44,090 nt of DNA from a virus. Lineage: Duplodnaviria > Heunggongvirae > Uroviricota > Caudoviricetes. Shown in pieces: positions 16,267 through 26,158 of the stretch. Every line of letters starts with the position of its first letter. Position 1 is the first letter of the stretch. A program made the position numbers and the translations under genes. The stretch lies in the IMG/VR virus record IMGVR_UViG_3300045988_048025; one strand, given 5' to 3'. Below the pieces are notes generated by a model. It searched no databases. It saw only the letters and a list, made by a program, of their open reading frames with translations, and was not told where the DNA came from.

Positions 16267-16631
16267 ACGCGTTGCTCCAGTTTGCCCGTTGGAACTTCAT
16301 AACCCGCCACAAACGGCGGGAGTTTGACAGTATCGCCGACGGGCATAAAGCCGCGCTAATTGCTATGGGGGTTATGCAAGACGCGCCGGAAGCAACGCAG
16401 GACACAGGGCCGGAATGCCCCCCTGAGCTATTAACCACCTTCGAGAAGTACAGGGAAATCAAATTCACCCGCCGAGTGGACGATGATGGCATCAAGATGT
16501 ACCCGCGCGAACAGTTAAGATGGTCGGATTTAGTGGCATACAGCACCGTTTCAGGCCAGAATATAGGCATGTTCGAATCTGACATCATCATGAGCTTAGA
16601 CGCTATTTTCGAGGGTAGAAACGATGGCTGA
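16239..16631 (+). CDS. -1 frame extension of the tail assembly chaperone (GT-like frameshift product), putative
   Basis: The -1 frame opens at 16239 (after a stop at 16236..16238) and overlaps the last 9 codons of 15850..16266; candidate slip site GGAAAAG at 16257..16263; ends overlapping the tape measure start. Confidence 0.4.
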   Translation, partial: TASPIAGKVDALLQFARWNFITRHKRREFDSIADGHKAALIAMGVMQDAPEATQDTGPECPPELLTTFEKYREIKFTRRVDDDGIKMYPREQLRWSDLVAYSTVSGQNIGMFESDIIMSLDAIFEGRNDG

Positions 16632-18960
16632 TGTAGCTAGTTTAGTTGTAAAAGTATCAGAGCAAGGCGCGAAAGCTACATCAGACCGTCTTGATAACCT
16701 TTCCAAGTCTGCAAAGGTAGCCGGAGCTGCGGTAGCGGGCCTCGCTTCCATCGTCGCCGCTACCGCGTACAAGGCCGCACAGGAACTGGTAGACTCCCAA
16801 CGGCAACTGGACAAGATGTCCGCCAGCCTGAAAACACTAACCGGAAGCACGCAGGGTGCAAGACAGGCGTTAAGCATCCTGCAAGACTTCGCGCGCGACA
16901 CCCCGTATGGTCTTGAACAGGCGGTAGAGGGATTCCGTAAACTGGTGGCTCTCGGCCTTACACCGTCAGAAGAAGCGTTGCGCTCCTATGGCAACACTGC
17001 CGCTGCTATGGGTAAAGACCTTAATCAGATGATTGAGGCCGTTGCGGACGCCAGTACATTTGAATTTGAGCGCCTTAAAGAATTCGGCATCAAGGCCAAG
17101 CAAAACAAAGACGATGTTGAATTTACATTCCAGGGCACCACTACGGTAGTTAAGAAGAGCGCTGCCGACATCGAGCAATACCTGCTCAACATTGGTAACG
17201 TAAACTTCGCGGGGGCTATGGCGGACCAGGCCAACACACTTAACGGGGCCATCGCCAGTGCCAGCGATTCCTGGTCGCAGTTAAAAATGACACTGGCTAC
17301 CAGCCTTGATGTTGGTGCTCTTGCGGAACCTATCCGGTACATCGATGATTTAATCCAGGAACTTAACGCACAGGTGGCATCCGGTGAACTCGCCGCCGAG
17401 ATGCGTATGTGGGGTGACATCGCATCAGAAGTGGGCAGCGCGATAGAGATGTCGTTCGACGCGGCATTTGGTTTCGTAGGCGACGCGATAAACGGGCTGA
17501 ATGAACTTTGGGATTTTAGCAGTAAAAGTATCACCGATAGCGGTGAACAAACGGCGACAACCATCGCGGAATCAGCCGCCGATGCACTCGATTTCATAGC
17601 GGAAGAATTTACCGCGATGGAGCGATTCTTTGAAGATATGGTTAAAGGGGCACAGGACGCTGGCCGGTTGGTGAAAGCTGCCTTCACACCAGGGGAATCC
17701 GTAGACGTAGCAAAAAACATTAACTTCCAGTTAGGGATGGCACTGGATACTCAGCGTGATGTTGCGGACCTGACCCGTAAAAGTTTCCGCGAACAGGTGG
17801 AGGCTCAGCAAAATATTGTCGCGCTTAAACGCGCGGCATATGACATCGACAAAGAAGCCGCTAAGGAAGAAGGTCTTAGTAAATTTAAGGTAACCGGTAC
17901 TGGTGGCGGATCCGAAGATGATAGCGCAGGTGCAAAAGCCGCTAAGAAAGCCGCAGATGCGTTCGAGCGCCAGAAGAAAGCCGCTGAGGATTTCTACTAC
18001 CAGTCGATTCATCTCAATGATGACGTATTCCAGAAAATAGAAGCCAACCAGGAACAGCAGCTAACCAAGCTACAGGAGTTTTACGGCAATCAGCTTCTTA
18101 GCGACCAGCAATACGAGAACGCTAAAACTCAGATTATGTTGGAGGCGGACACCGCTCGCCAGGAAGAACTCGCCAAGCGGGAGAAAGAACGACAGGAGAA
18201 GAACCAGAAAGGTGAAGACTTCATGGCTCAGATTATGGGTCAGAATGCCGCAGAGCTTGAGCTTCTGGAGATTCAGGAACAACAAAAACTTGACGTTGCA
18301 GACCGATATCGCGAACAGAACCTTATTAACGAGGAGCAGTACCAGGCTGCGGTTAATGCTATAAACGACCAGTATGCCTTGAAACGTGCCAACGCTACCG
18401 GTAACGCTTTCGGAATGATGGCGGATAATATTAAATCGTCGCTTGGCGAAGCGTCTACCGCTTATAAAGCGTTTGCTATCGCCCAGGCCACCATCGCCAC
18501 ATACACATCCGCCATCGAGGCTTATAAATCTGCGTCCGCGATTCCTTTTGTTGGTTGGATACTTGGGCCGATAGCAGCAGCTACAGCGGTAGCGGCAGGT
18601 CTCGCTAACATCAGCAAGATTCGTTCGGCCCGTGAACAGGGTGGTAACTTAGCTGCCGGGCAGCTATCCACCATTGCAGAACGTAACAAGCCCGAAGTTA
18701 TTATGCCGGCAGGTGCGTCACGCGTCCGTACCGCAGAACAGATGCGCCAGATTATGGGCGAGAACGGCAACAAGTCAGGCGGTGACAGCGTGACAATCGT
18801 CAACAACACCACCGGACGAGTTGATTCCGCCGTTACAGAGCGTGACGACGAAGGGCGGTTACGTGTTATCATCAGTGAAACAGTATCGGCGGCGTTACAA
18901 GACAGCAACAGTGCAATCTCCAAGTCCCGCCGGGCTACACGAAACCAGCCGGGGTATTAA
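16624..18960 (+). CDS. Tail tape measure protein
   Basis: 778 aa, Ala/Gln/Glu-rich and largely helical, Gly/Ala-rich hydrophobic segment near the C-terminus; sits after the chaperone pair. Confidence 0.8.
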   Translation: MADVASLVVKVSEQGAKATSDRLDNLSKSAKVAGAAVAGLASIVAATAYKAAQELVDSQRQLDKMSASLKTLTGSTQGARQALSILQDFARDTPYGLEQAVEGFRKLVALGLTPSEEALRSYGNTAAAMGKDLNQMIEAVADASTFEFERLKEFGIKAKQNKDDVEFTFQGTTTVVKKSAADIEQYLLNIGNVNFAGAMADQANTLNGAIASASDSWSQLKMTLATSLDVGALAEPIRYIDDLIQELNAQVASGELAAEMRMWGDIASEVGSAIEMSFDAAFGFVGDAINGLNELWDFSSKSITDSGEQTATTIAESAADALDFIAEEFTAMERFFEDMVKGAQDAGRLVKAAFTPGESVDVAKNINFQLGMALDTQRDVADLTRKSFREQVEAQQNIVALKRAAYDIDKEAAKEEGLSKFKVTGTGGGSEDDSAGAKAAKKAADAFERQKKAAEDFYYQSIHLNDDVFQKIEANQEQQLTKLQEFYGNQLLSDQQYENAKTQIMLEADTARQEELAKREKERQEKNQKGEDFMAQIMGQNAAELELLEIQEQQKLDVADRYREQNLINEEQYQAAVNAINDQYALKRANATGNAFGMMADNIKSSLGEASTAYKAFAIAQATIATYTSAIEAYKSASAIPFVGWILGPIAAATAVAAGLANISKIRSAREQGGNLAAGQLSTIAERNKPEVIMPAGASRVRTAEQMRQIMGENGNKSGGDSVTIVNNTTGRVDSAVTERDDEGRLRVIISETVSAALQDSNSAISKSRRATRNQPGY

Positions 18961-18963
18961 CCA

Positions 18964-20376
18964 ATGAGTGATTTGAGATTCCCTATGTCCCTTCGACCAA
19001 TAGTGTCGAAGGGGTACTCCCAAACGCGAGGGAGTAATATCTGGCGTACAGAAGTTCAGGGCGGTGTGCCTCGTCAGGGGCGTGATACATACTTCGAACC
19101 GGTGCCGATTAGCGTTACCCTGGTCGTATCATCGCTCGGTCGCCAGGCTTTCTATAGCTTCCTGAACAACATAGACGGCGGTGCGTCTTCATTTACCATG
19201 CCGCACGATACGGGTTTAGGTCTCGAAGACCACCAGGTACTTATTACGTCGGACATTAGCGATAGCACAGACGACGGCAAGAACTGGGTCATTACGTTTA
19301 CGGCTACAGCAGAGCGCACAGCAATTCAGGAAGACACATGTCTTACTAAGAATCTGCCAGATTTGTATGGTTGCTACGGGGATTGTCTGGGTAGTTTCCT
19401 GAAAATATACGCGAACTATGAGACTACGTTCCCGCGCATCTGGAGCGATGAAGGGCCCGCAGGATACCCGCCGATTAACCTTCTGGCGTCCGCCCTGGCT
19501 AGCCGCATTGTGTACGACGGGCCGCAGGTTTATTACATCAATCGCAACGGAAATCTTGTGCAGTCCGCCACTAATGAATGGCCTCTTACGTTTATTGATG
19601 GTGTTGCGGTTGGGCGTGTGCCGCCGGAAAATATGGCGGAAAATATTTTGCCGGATAGCCGTGATTTTAATGGCGCAAATTGGAATCTTCGCAGTAGGAT
19701 TATAACGACGCCAAATACTGATATGTTGTTTAACGGCGTTGAGTCTTCTTCTCTTATACCTACCACGGCGACAGGGTCGCACTATATAGGAGGTGCTATA
19801 CCATTAGCACCTATTGGCACAAAATTAACATGCTCTGTCATCGCCAAAGCAAACACGGCATCGACTCTGCAAACTCTATATTTTGGCGGATCAACTGGCG
19901 TCTCAGAATTGTACGCTAATTTTGACTTGGAAGCCGGGGTCGTTTCCGCAGGAAGTGCAGAGGATAAGTTAATATATCCTCTTGGTAATGGGTGGTACTA
20001 CTGTGCCATGTCGGTAGTTATTACCGGCGATATGTCGGTAAATAGACAATTCATAATATCTCCCGCGGCGTCTCCTTCATCTACAAGACTCGCCTCATTT
20101 ACAGGGGATGGCGTCCGCGGCATTTTAGTAGCACACTCACAAGTTGAAAAGTCAGAATTCTCCACATCCCCGATAGTAACAGAAGCATCGCCGGTGGCCA
20201 GACCTACAGCAACCGCAAAAGTAGTAATGAACGGTGCAACAAGCATTGATATTACATATTCAGACGGCTCTGTGGTAAACGTTCAAGCTGTTGATGATTA
20301 CGCCGCCATCCCCCGAGCGGATTCGGCGTGGGGCAGTAAATATATTACTCGTATTGATTTTAATGTGGACGGTTAA
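18964..20376 (+). CDS. Minor tail protein (distal tail protein-like N-terminus with C-terminal extension)
   Basis: Position directly after the tape measure; 470 aa. Confidence 0.45.
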   Translation: MSDLRFPMSLRPIVSKGYSQTRGSNIWRTEVQGGVPRQGRDTYFEPVPISVTLVVSSLGRQAFYSFLNNIDGGASSFTMPHDTGLGLEDHQVLITSDISDSTDDGKNWVITFTATAERTAIQEDTCLTKNLPDLYGCYGDCLGSFLKIYANYETTFPRIWSDEGPAGYPPINLLASALASRIVYDGPQVYYINRNGNLVQSATNEWPLTFIDGVAVGRVPPENMAENILPDSRDFNGANWNLRSRIITTPNTDMLFNGVESSSLIPTTATGSHYIGGAIPLAPIGTKLTCSVIAKANTASTLQTLYFGGSTGVSELYANFDLEAGVVSAGSAEDKLIYPLGNGWYYCAMSVVITGDMSVNRQFIISPAASPSSTRLASFTGDGVRGILVAHSQVEKSEFSTSPIVTEASPVARPTATAKVVMNGATSIDITYSDGSVVNVQAVDDYAAIPRADSAWGSKYITRIDFNVDG

Positions 20377-20379
20377 TTT

Positions 20380-20895
20380 ATGAGCCAGGAATCTGTAGAA
20401 GCAGCCTACCGCCGTAAGCTGGCCTCAAATCCCGACGGCGAAATTGACTACACGACGCTGGAGATAGTACACCCGCTTCTTTCAAAGCGGTATTTGCTTG
20501 TGCGCGGAACTTCCGACCTGACGGCGACGTTAGAGACCGGAGAAGTCGTAACGTTTGAGGCTACCCCTATGGAGGCTAAAGGGGCCGCCAACAATAACGA
20601 CATGGACCAGCGGGCGTCGTTCGCATTACCTGATATTGGTAACCAGTTAGATGATGAGATGGACAGGATACCGCCTGATAATACCGTGCTACCTAAATTC
20701 ATATTCCGCCGTTTTGTTGGTACTGATTTGTCTTACCCGGCTGATGGGCCTGTTGTGTACGAGTTGCAGTCGATAAACCAGGAAAAGGGGCTATTTACCG
20801 CCGACGTTGGCGTTCCTATGTTGAACCAAAGGGCCACTGGTGAACTAATGACCCCTTCAGTAATCCCATTGTTACGGGGCGTTTTGTCCACATGA
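20380..20895 (+). CDS. Minor tail protein
   Basis: Position in the tail tip cluster; 171 aa. Confidence 0.4.
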   Translation: MSQESVEAAYRRKLASNPDGEIDYTTLEIVHPLLSKRYLLVRGTSDLTATLETGEVVTFEATPMEAKGAANNNDMDQRASFALPDIGNQLDDEMDRIPPDNTVLPKFIFRRFVGTDLSYPADGPVVYELQSINQEKGLFTADVGVPMLNQRATGELMTPSVIPLLRGVLST

Positions 20896-21257
20896 ATATT
20901 AATTCTTATACAGGGTTGCCGTACGACTTTCGCCGTCGTAATTGCTGGCACCATGTCCGTAACGTTCGTGCGGATGTAGGCCTCTTTACGCCTGAGTTTA
21001 ACGTCGCTTCGCCAACACAGATTAACGACGCCTTCGAAGAAGGCCATAAAGATACTAAAGGCCTTGTACGCGTAGAAACTCCGCAAAACTTCGATGCCGT
21101 GCTGATGGCAACACGGCACAGAAACCGTGTAATCTGGCACGCCGGAGTATACTATGACGGTATGGTTAGTCATTGCGAGCTGGCGAGTCGCCAGGTACGG
21201 TTAGACCGTCTGGAAGACTTGCGCGAAACTTATGCGGAGATAGAATTTTGGCGCTGA
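20892..21257 (+). CDS. Tail assembly protein, NlpC/P60-like (lambda K-like), putative
   Basis: Conserved Cys and His (NCWHHV ... HAGVYYDGMVSH) suggest a Cys-His peptidase fold; tail tip context. Confidence 0.4.
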   Translation: MNINSYTGLPYDFRRRNCWHHVRNVRADVGLFTPEFNVASPTQINDAFEEGHKDTKGLVRVETPQNFDAVLMATRHRNRVIWHAGVYYDGMVSHCELASRQVRLDRLEDLRETYAEIEFWR

Positions 21258-23803
21258 CATTACATTACACCCGTAACGAAGACGGTACTTTCGACCGCGA
21301 ACGGCACAACGTACCGCCGATGGAATACGTCGTCGCTAACATCCCCGACGGGGTGCCTGTACGTATTTACCGTGGCGAGATCGGCGAGGACACGGAAGTA
21401 ACTGAAGATTTCGAAGCGCTGAAAGAAGACGATGTTTTCCATATTATCGAAGGCGCTGGTGGCGGTGGCGGTTTTCTGGGTAAACTCCTGGACCCTTTGG
21501 GTGTGCTTAAATTTGTTACCAAGTTGATTTCTCCGTCGCAGAAAACGCCTAAAACGAGTTTAGCGAACCGGCAGGCTGAGTCCCCCAACAACAGCCTGAC
21601 GGACCGAAACAATAAACCCCGTCCATATGAACGGTCGTATGATATTTGCGGCAGAGTCCAGACTATCCCTAATGACCTCATGACTACCTATAAAATATTC
21701 GATGAATCTGGTCGCATTATTGAATACGGATACTACGATGCCGGTCGTGGGTATCTGGACATCAAGGCCGAAGATATTACCGACGGCGATACTAAGGTAC
21801 AGGAGATTACGGGGACCTCTGTCGCGGTGTACGCGCCGTTTACATCCCCCAACAATACAAATACCCCGCAGCTTCTGGTGGGGGAACCTATCAATCAGAA
21901 TCTTTATATAACTATCGCGTCTAATGAAGTAGATGGAGCCGTTCTTAAAGCCCAGAACGATATTCGGGTCAACCCAAGCGACACGGGCCGCGTGAGATAT
22001 GACTCTGCTACAAAAATTGGATACCTGTATGACGGCACGGGGGATTCTGGCTTCGCGGAAATATTATCTGTTGGTGACACCGCGTCGTTCAATAACTTTG
22101 ACGTTCCGGACGTAACAAATACCAACGGCAACTTTCGTGTTCTTTATGTCGATAACTTCGAGCTGCGGGTCGACACCGGCGGCGCGTCTAATTGGGCTGC
22201 TTTAGGCTCAACCACCTATTCACTTTCCCAGAGAAGTGACACGTGGGTAGGCCCCGTGGATACGTATAAAAGAACATTAACCGACTGGACCACCTTAAAC
22301 CGCCTGGAAGTTGAACGCGTAGTAGCCAACATCGCTGCCGCTAACGGTATGTATAAAGACAACGGCAGTAAATTGCGTACGTCGGTAACTATTGAACTCC
22401 AATACCAACTACTCGATGAAACCGGTGCCCCATACGGGAGTATCTATTCAAAACAGGCCGTTATATCTGGTCGGTCCGCCGACTACACCGGAGTTACTAT
22501 TTACGCCGACTTGCCCGTTCGGTCGAAAGTTAGGGTACGCGCCCGCCGTGTAACTAATCTGGACCTCGATTTCGAGGGTACCGTGGTAGATGAGGTTTCG
22601 TACATCAACCTTTATGGGCAGGTTCGCGACACTACGCCACATTATGGCAACCGTACTACCGTACACTCCGCGCGTAAGCAAACGCCGCGTGCCGCGGAGA
22701 TTAAGCAGCCACAACTACGTATGGTTGCCACGGAGATGGTGTACAAATACCGCGGCAACGGCGTATTCGACACGGTTATGACGCCGAATACTCAGGCAAT
22801 TCAATCCTTAATCCGTCTTGCCCGCGACCCGGTAGTCGGTAATCTGAACCTAACAACATCCAATATGGACAAGTTGTTAGCGACTCAGACCGAGATAGAA
22901 AACTATTTCGGTAACGTGGAGGCGGGTCAATTCTGCTACACTTTTGACGACTATAAAATGACCATGCAGGATATCATCAGCACAATAGCCGATGCTATTT
23001 TCTGCACTCCATATCGTAAAGGGCAAGACATATTACTGGATTTCGAGCGCCCGCGTATGGGGCCGGAAATGGTATTCACACATCGAAGTAAGACAACAGC
23101 TTCGGAAAAGTGGACGCGCACATTCAACGACGCTCAGGTATACGATAGTCTTAAGTTCTCCTACATCGACCCAGATACTAACGTAAAAGAGACCATCAGC
23201 ATTCCCGCCGAGGGCGGTGTTAACACAGAAACGTATGACTCTAAAGGTATACGTAATTATCGTCAGGCGTACTGGGCGGCGTACCGTCGGTACCAGAAGA
23301 ACCTGTTGAAGAAGGTGACGGTATCATTCACGGCGACAGAAGAAGGGGTTTTTGTGCTTCCAGGACGGGCAATAAGCGTAGTTAAAGGCTCGCGAGTAGC
23401 ACCTCAAGATGGTTATGTCGTTGCCGTTAATGGGCTTACCCTTACTCTTTCTCAGCCGGTTACGTTTACTCCGGGGGATGACCACTCACTGATTCTTAAG
23501 AAGAGAGACGGCGGAGTTCAAAGTGTTGCTGTTGTGCCTGGAAGCCACGACCGTGAAGTGGTTATGCTCTCTGCGCCTCAAGAGGCGATATACACAGGGA
23601 ATAGCGCACTAAAAACTGAGTTTTCATTCGGTAACGAAGCAAGGCATAATGCTCAGATGATTCTTGTTTCTACAGTTGACCCCGGAGACGACAGAACGGT
23701 TAAGATTACCGGGATTAACTATGAAGCAGATTTCTATAAATACGACGGCGTCGCGCCATACGGCAGCGGTTTCTCCGACGGATTCAGCGATGGTTTTAAT
23801 TAA
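21248..23803 (+). CDS. Tail tip / central tail fibre protein (host specificity, J-like), putative
   Basis: Large ORF after the K-like gene; TTG 21248 with GGAG 8 nt upstream (track ORF begins 21173, overlapping the upstream gene). Confidence 0.45.
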   Translation: MALTLHYTRNEDGTFDRERHNVPPMEYVVANIPDGVPVRIYRGEIGEDTEVTEDFEALKEDDVFHIIEGAGGGGGFLGKLLDPLGVLKFVTKLISPSQKTPKTSLANRQAESPNNSLTDRNNKPRPYERSYDICGRVQTIPNDLMTTYKIFDESGRIIEYGYYDAGRGYLDIKAEDITDGDTKVQEITGTSVAVYAPFTSPNNTNTPQLLVGEPINQNLYITIASNEVDGAVLKAQNDIRVNPSDTGRVRYDSATKIGYLYDGTGDSGFAEILSVGDTASFNNFDVPDVTNTNGNFRVLYVDNFELRVDTGGASNWAALGSTTYSLSQRSDTWVGPVDTYKRTLTDWTTLNRLEVERVVANIAAANGMYKDNGSKLRTSVTIELQYQLLDETGAPYGSIYSKQAVISGRSADYTGVTIYADLPVRSKVRVRARRVTNLDLDFEGTVVDEVSYINLYGQVRDTTPHYGNRTTVHSARKQTPRAAEIKQPQLRMVATEMVYKYRGNGVFDTVMTPNTQAIQSLIRLARDPVVGNLNLTTSNMDKLLATQTEIENYFGNVEAGQFCYTFDDYKMTMQDIISTIADAIFCTPYRKGQDILLDFERPRMGPEMVFTHRSKTTASEKWTRTFNDAQVYDSLKFSYIDPDTNVKETISIPAEGGVNTETYDSKGIRNYRQAYWAAYRRYQKNLLKKVTVSFTATEEGVFVLPGRAISVVKGSRVAPQDGYVVAVNGLTLTLSQPVTFTPGDDHSLILKKRDGGVQSVAVVPGSHDREVVMLSAPQEAIYTGNSALKTEFSFGNEARHNAQMILVSTVDPGDDRTVKITGINYEADFYKYDGVAPYGSGFSDGFSDGFN

Positions 23804-23815
23804 AGAGGACTCTAT

Positions 23816-25810
23816 ATGTCAAGCGGATGCGGTGACGTTTTAAGCCTGGCGGATTTACAAACCGCCAAGAAGCACCAGATTTTCGAAGCCGAGGTTATCA
23901 CCGGTAAATCCGGCGGTGTTGCTGGTGGCGCTGATATTGATTACGCGACCAATGCTGTTACGGGCCAGACTCAAAAGACGCTCCCTGCCGTGTTGCGTGG
24001 CGCTGGTTTTTCTCCTGTATCGTGGGACTTTTCCACCGGCGGTACGTTAACAGTTAATGACCGCGACAAAGTGGTGTATGACCCTGTAAGTAAAACGTGG
24101 TACTCATACGCGGGTACGCTTCCGGTTGTTGTCCATGCATCGTTTAACCCGGTCGGTAACGCTAACTGGAAGCCGCAGACCGACCCATATCTACGCGATG
24201 ATTTAGCAAACACGGACGATGTGCAACTAGGCGACGCCATGGTCGGGGTTAAATCTGTACTGGCCGGAGCCGTTGGGAGAACCCTACATAGCAAGGTAAG
24301 TGATGCCGTGAGTATTTATGACTTCGGCGCTACATGGGATGGTGACATCCACCCACTAAGCGAGAAATTCTCTACTCTTACAGCAGCCCAGATGGTTTAC
24401 CCCTTTGTTACCAGCCTTGACCAGTCAACTGACTACGCCGCCATCCAGGCCGCATGCAACTCCAAAAAGACAGTGCTAATCCCAAAAGGAACGGGCTTCG
24501 TTAACTCCACCATCTATTTCAATAATAGCGTCAGAATCGTCGGCGAGAACACCGACGGCATCAACCGTGCCCAGTCGTTTATATCCGTTGACGGAGATAT
24601 ATCCCTTTTCGCGCTCGCTCAGGGCAGCTCTTCCGGTGGGACGAAAATGATTCAACTGTTCATTGATGGATTGTATATTTTCTACAATCCGGGAGATACG
24701 CCAACCGTCACAACAGGAAATAGTGGGAAGATAGCATTTAATTTCTATTCCACTGAAGCCGGTACTACTGGTCTTGAAATGTCTGAGATTAAAAACTGCA
24801 CAGTACATGGCGCATGGCGCTGTTTCTCCGACACCACCGGGACTTATCTGACTAAGTTACAAAACGTATGGGCGCGAAATTGTCATGATGGTTTTATTAA
24901 GGCGCTTGGGACGACCATTTTGATGGAGACTTGCTACACTTCCGGGTGCGTATCGCCGTATCAATTTGGCGCCGTTATGTCTGTAACTATGCTCAACTGC
25001 GCTATGGACCAATCAAGCATTACACTTTCTGGTGGTTCATTCGGCGGAGCAGGTGTCCATTTCGTTAACTCACACAGCGTTAACATTGTGGGATTTGATG
25101 CGGAAGGAAATATAATTTCCACAGATGGTAGTGGGGATGCAACTCTTTTCCATTTTGAGAATACTAATGGCAAAATATCAGGCCTAACAGCCCATCAAAA
25201 CCAGATGAAAACTGTAGCCCCCGCGGCAAGTGGTGTCGTTTCTTTCATAAAGGCATCCGGAACAAGTCAGGTTATAATTGATTCTTCTGAGGATGACTTG
25301 TCGGAGAACGCAATCCCTTACACCGGAACTGGATACCCTGTTACGTTATACGCTAAGGACGCAACATCCCGAATTGACGTGTACAGCGGACGCTGGCGCG
25401 CGCCTGCAGGTGGCACCCCCGCTATATCAGTGGTTAGTCAGGGTAACGTTAACTGGTTCTGCACCCCGATATCTGGTCTTGTATCTGGTGGGTACACCCA
25501 ACAAGTATCATCCACTGGTCTACAGACCCCCGGTTTCTACACCGCGAAAGGAACGCAACCAGTAAATGCCCGTACGCAAACAACATTGTTTACATTGCCA
25601 AATATGCAGGGGATGTATCTCATTAGTGTATGGGCTTCGGGTAGCGGAACCAACTACTCTTCTACCCAACTAGCGATGTATAATGGTGCGTTAGCTCTAA
25701 CGCCATTAAAAGCGGGGGCATTCATAACGTTTTCTGCATCAGGAAGGAATGTAGCGATAACAAGTCAGGGCACGACGACATTTAACTGGACGTATACAAA
25801 ACTAGGATAA
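23816..25810 (+). CDS. Tailspike / receptor-binding protein (putative beta-helix fold)
   Basis: 664 aa, last structural gene, Gly/Ser/Thr/Asn-rich repetitive central region; followed by a strong terminator. Confidence 0.55.
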   Translation: MSSGCGDVLSLADLQTAKKHQIFEAEVITGKSGGVAGGADIDYATNAVTGQTQKTLPAVLRGAGFSPVSWDFSTGGTLTVNDRDKVVYDPVSKTWYSYAGTLPVVVHASFNPVGNANWKPQTDPYLRDDLANTDDVQLGDAMVGVKSVLAGAVGRTLHSKVSDAVSIYDFGATWDGDIHPLSEKFSTLTAAQMVYPFVTSLDQSTDYAAIQAACNSKKTVLIPKGTGFVNSTIYFNNSVRIVGENTDGINRAQSFISVDGDISLFALAQGSSSGGTKMIQLFIDGLYIFYNPGDTPTVTTGNSGKIAFNFYSTEAGTTGLEMSEIKNCTVHGAWRCFSDTTGTYLTKLQNVWARNCHDGFIKALGTTILMETCYTSGCVSPYQFGAVMSVTMLNCAMDQSSITLSGGSFGGAGVHFVNSHSVNIVGFDAEGNIISTDGSGDATLFHFENTNGKISGLTAHQNQMKTVAPAASGVVSFIKASGTSQVIIDSSEDDLSENAIPYTGTGYPVTLYAKDATSRIDVYSGRWRAPAGGTPAISVVSQGNVNWFCTPISGLVSGGYTQQVSSTGLQTPGFYTAKGTQPVNARTQTTLFTLPNMQGMYLISVWASGSGTNYSSTQLAMYNGALALTPLKAGAFITFSASGRNVAITSQGTTTFNWTYTKLG

Positions 25811-25814
25811 AACT

Positions 25815-25836
25815 AAGGCCCCAATCGGGGCCTTTT
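25815..25836. terminator. Hairpin terminator separating the + structural block from the - replication block
   Basis: aaggcccc-aatc-ggggcctt followed by ttctct. Confidence 0.6.
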
Positions 25837-25972
25837 CTCTAATCTTCGGATAACTTCTCCAGTACAAACGCCAGTTGCGCATTAGCGGCGTCTCTTTGCT
25901 GTCGTAGTCGTAGAACCTCCTCCTCAAGTTCCTTGATACGTTTTTGCAATGCCGGAATCGGAGCTATGATGT

Positions 25973-26158
25973 TCATTTCTTACCTTCGCTTTTCTTGAAA
26001 CTGCGCTTTATGTCCGGCAGCGTGTAGCAGCGTGACTTTTCGTATTTACCGTCCGAGCTTACCAAGACAAAGCTGTTGCCGTCTTTTGATATGTACTCGA
26101 TGGTGAAAGTATTGAATGAATGTACGCTGTATATTTCATCGCCAACATTAAGTTTCAT
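25973..26158 (-). CDS. Hypothetical protein (61 aa)
   Basis: Last ORF of the - strand operon, overlapping the helicase stop. Confidence 0.4.
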   Translation of the reverse strand: MKLNVGDEIYSVHSFNTFTIEYISKDGNSFVLVSSDGKYEKSRCYTLPDIKRSFKKSEGKK

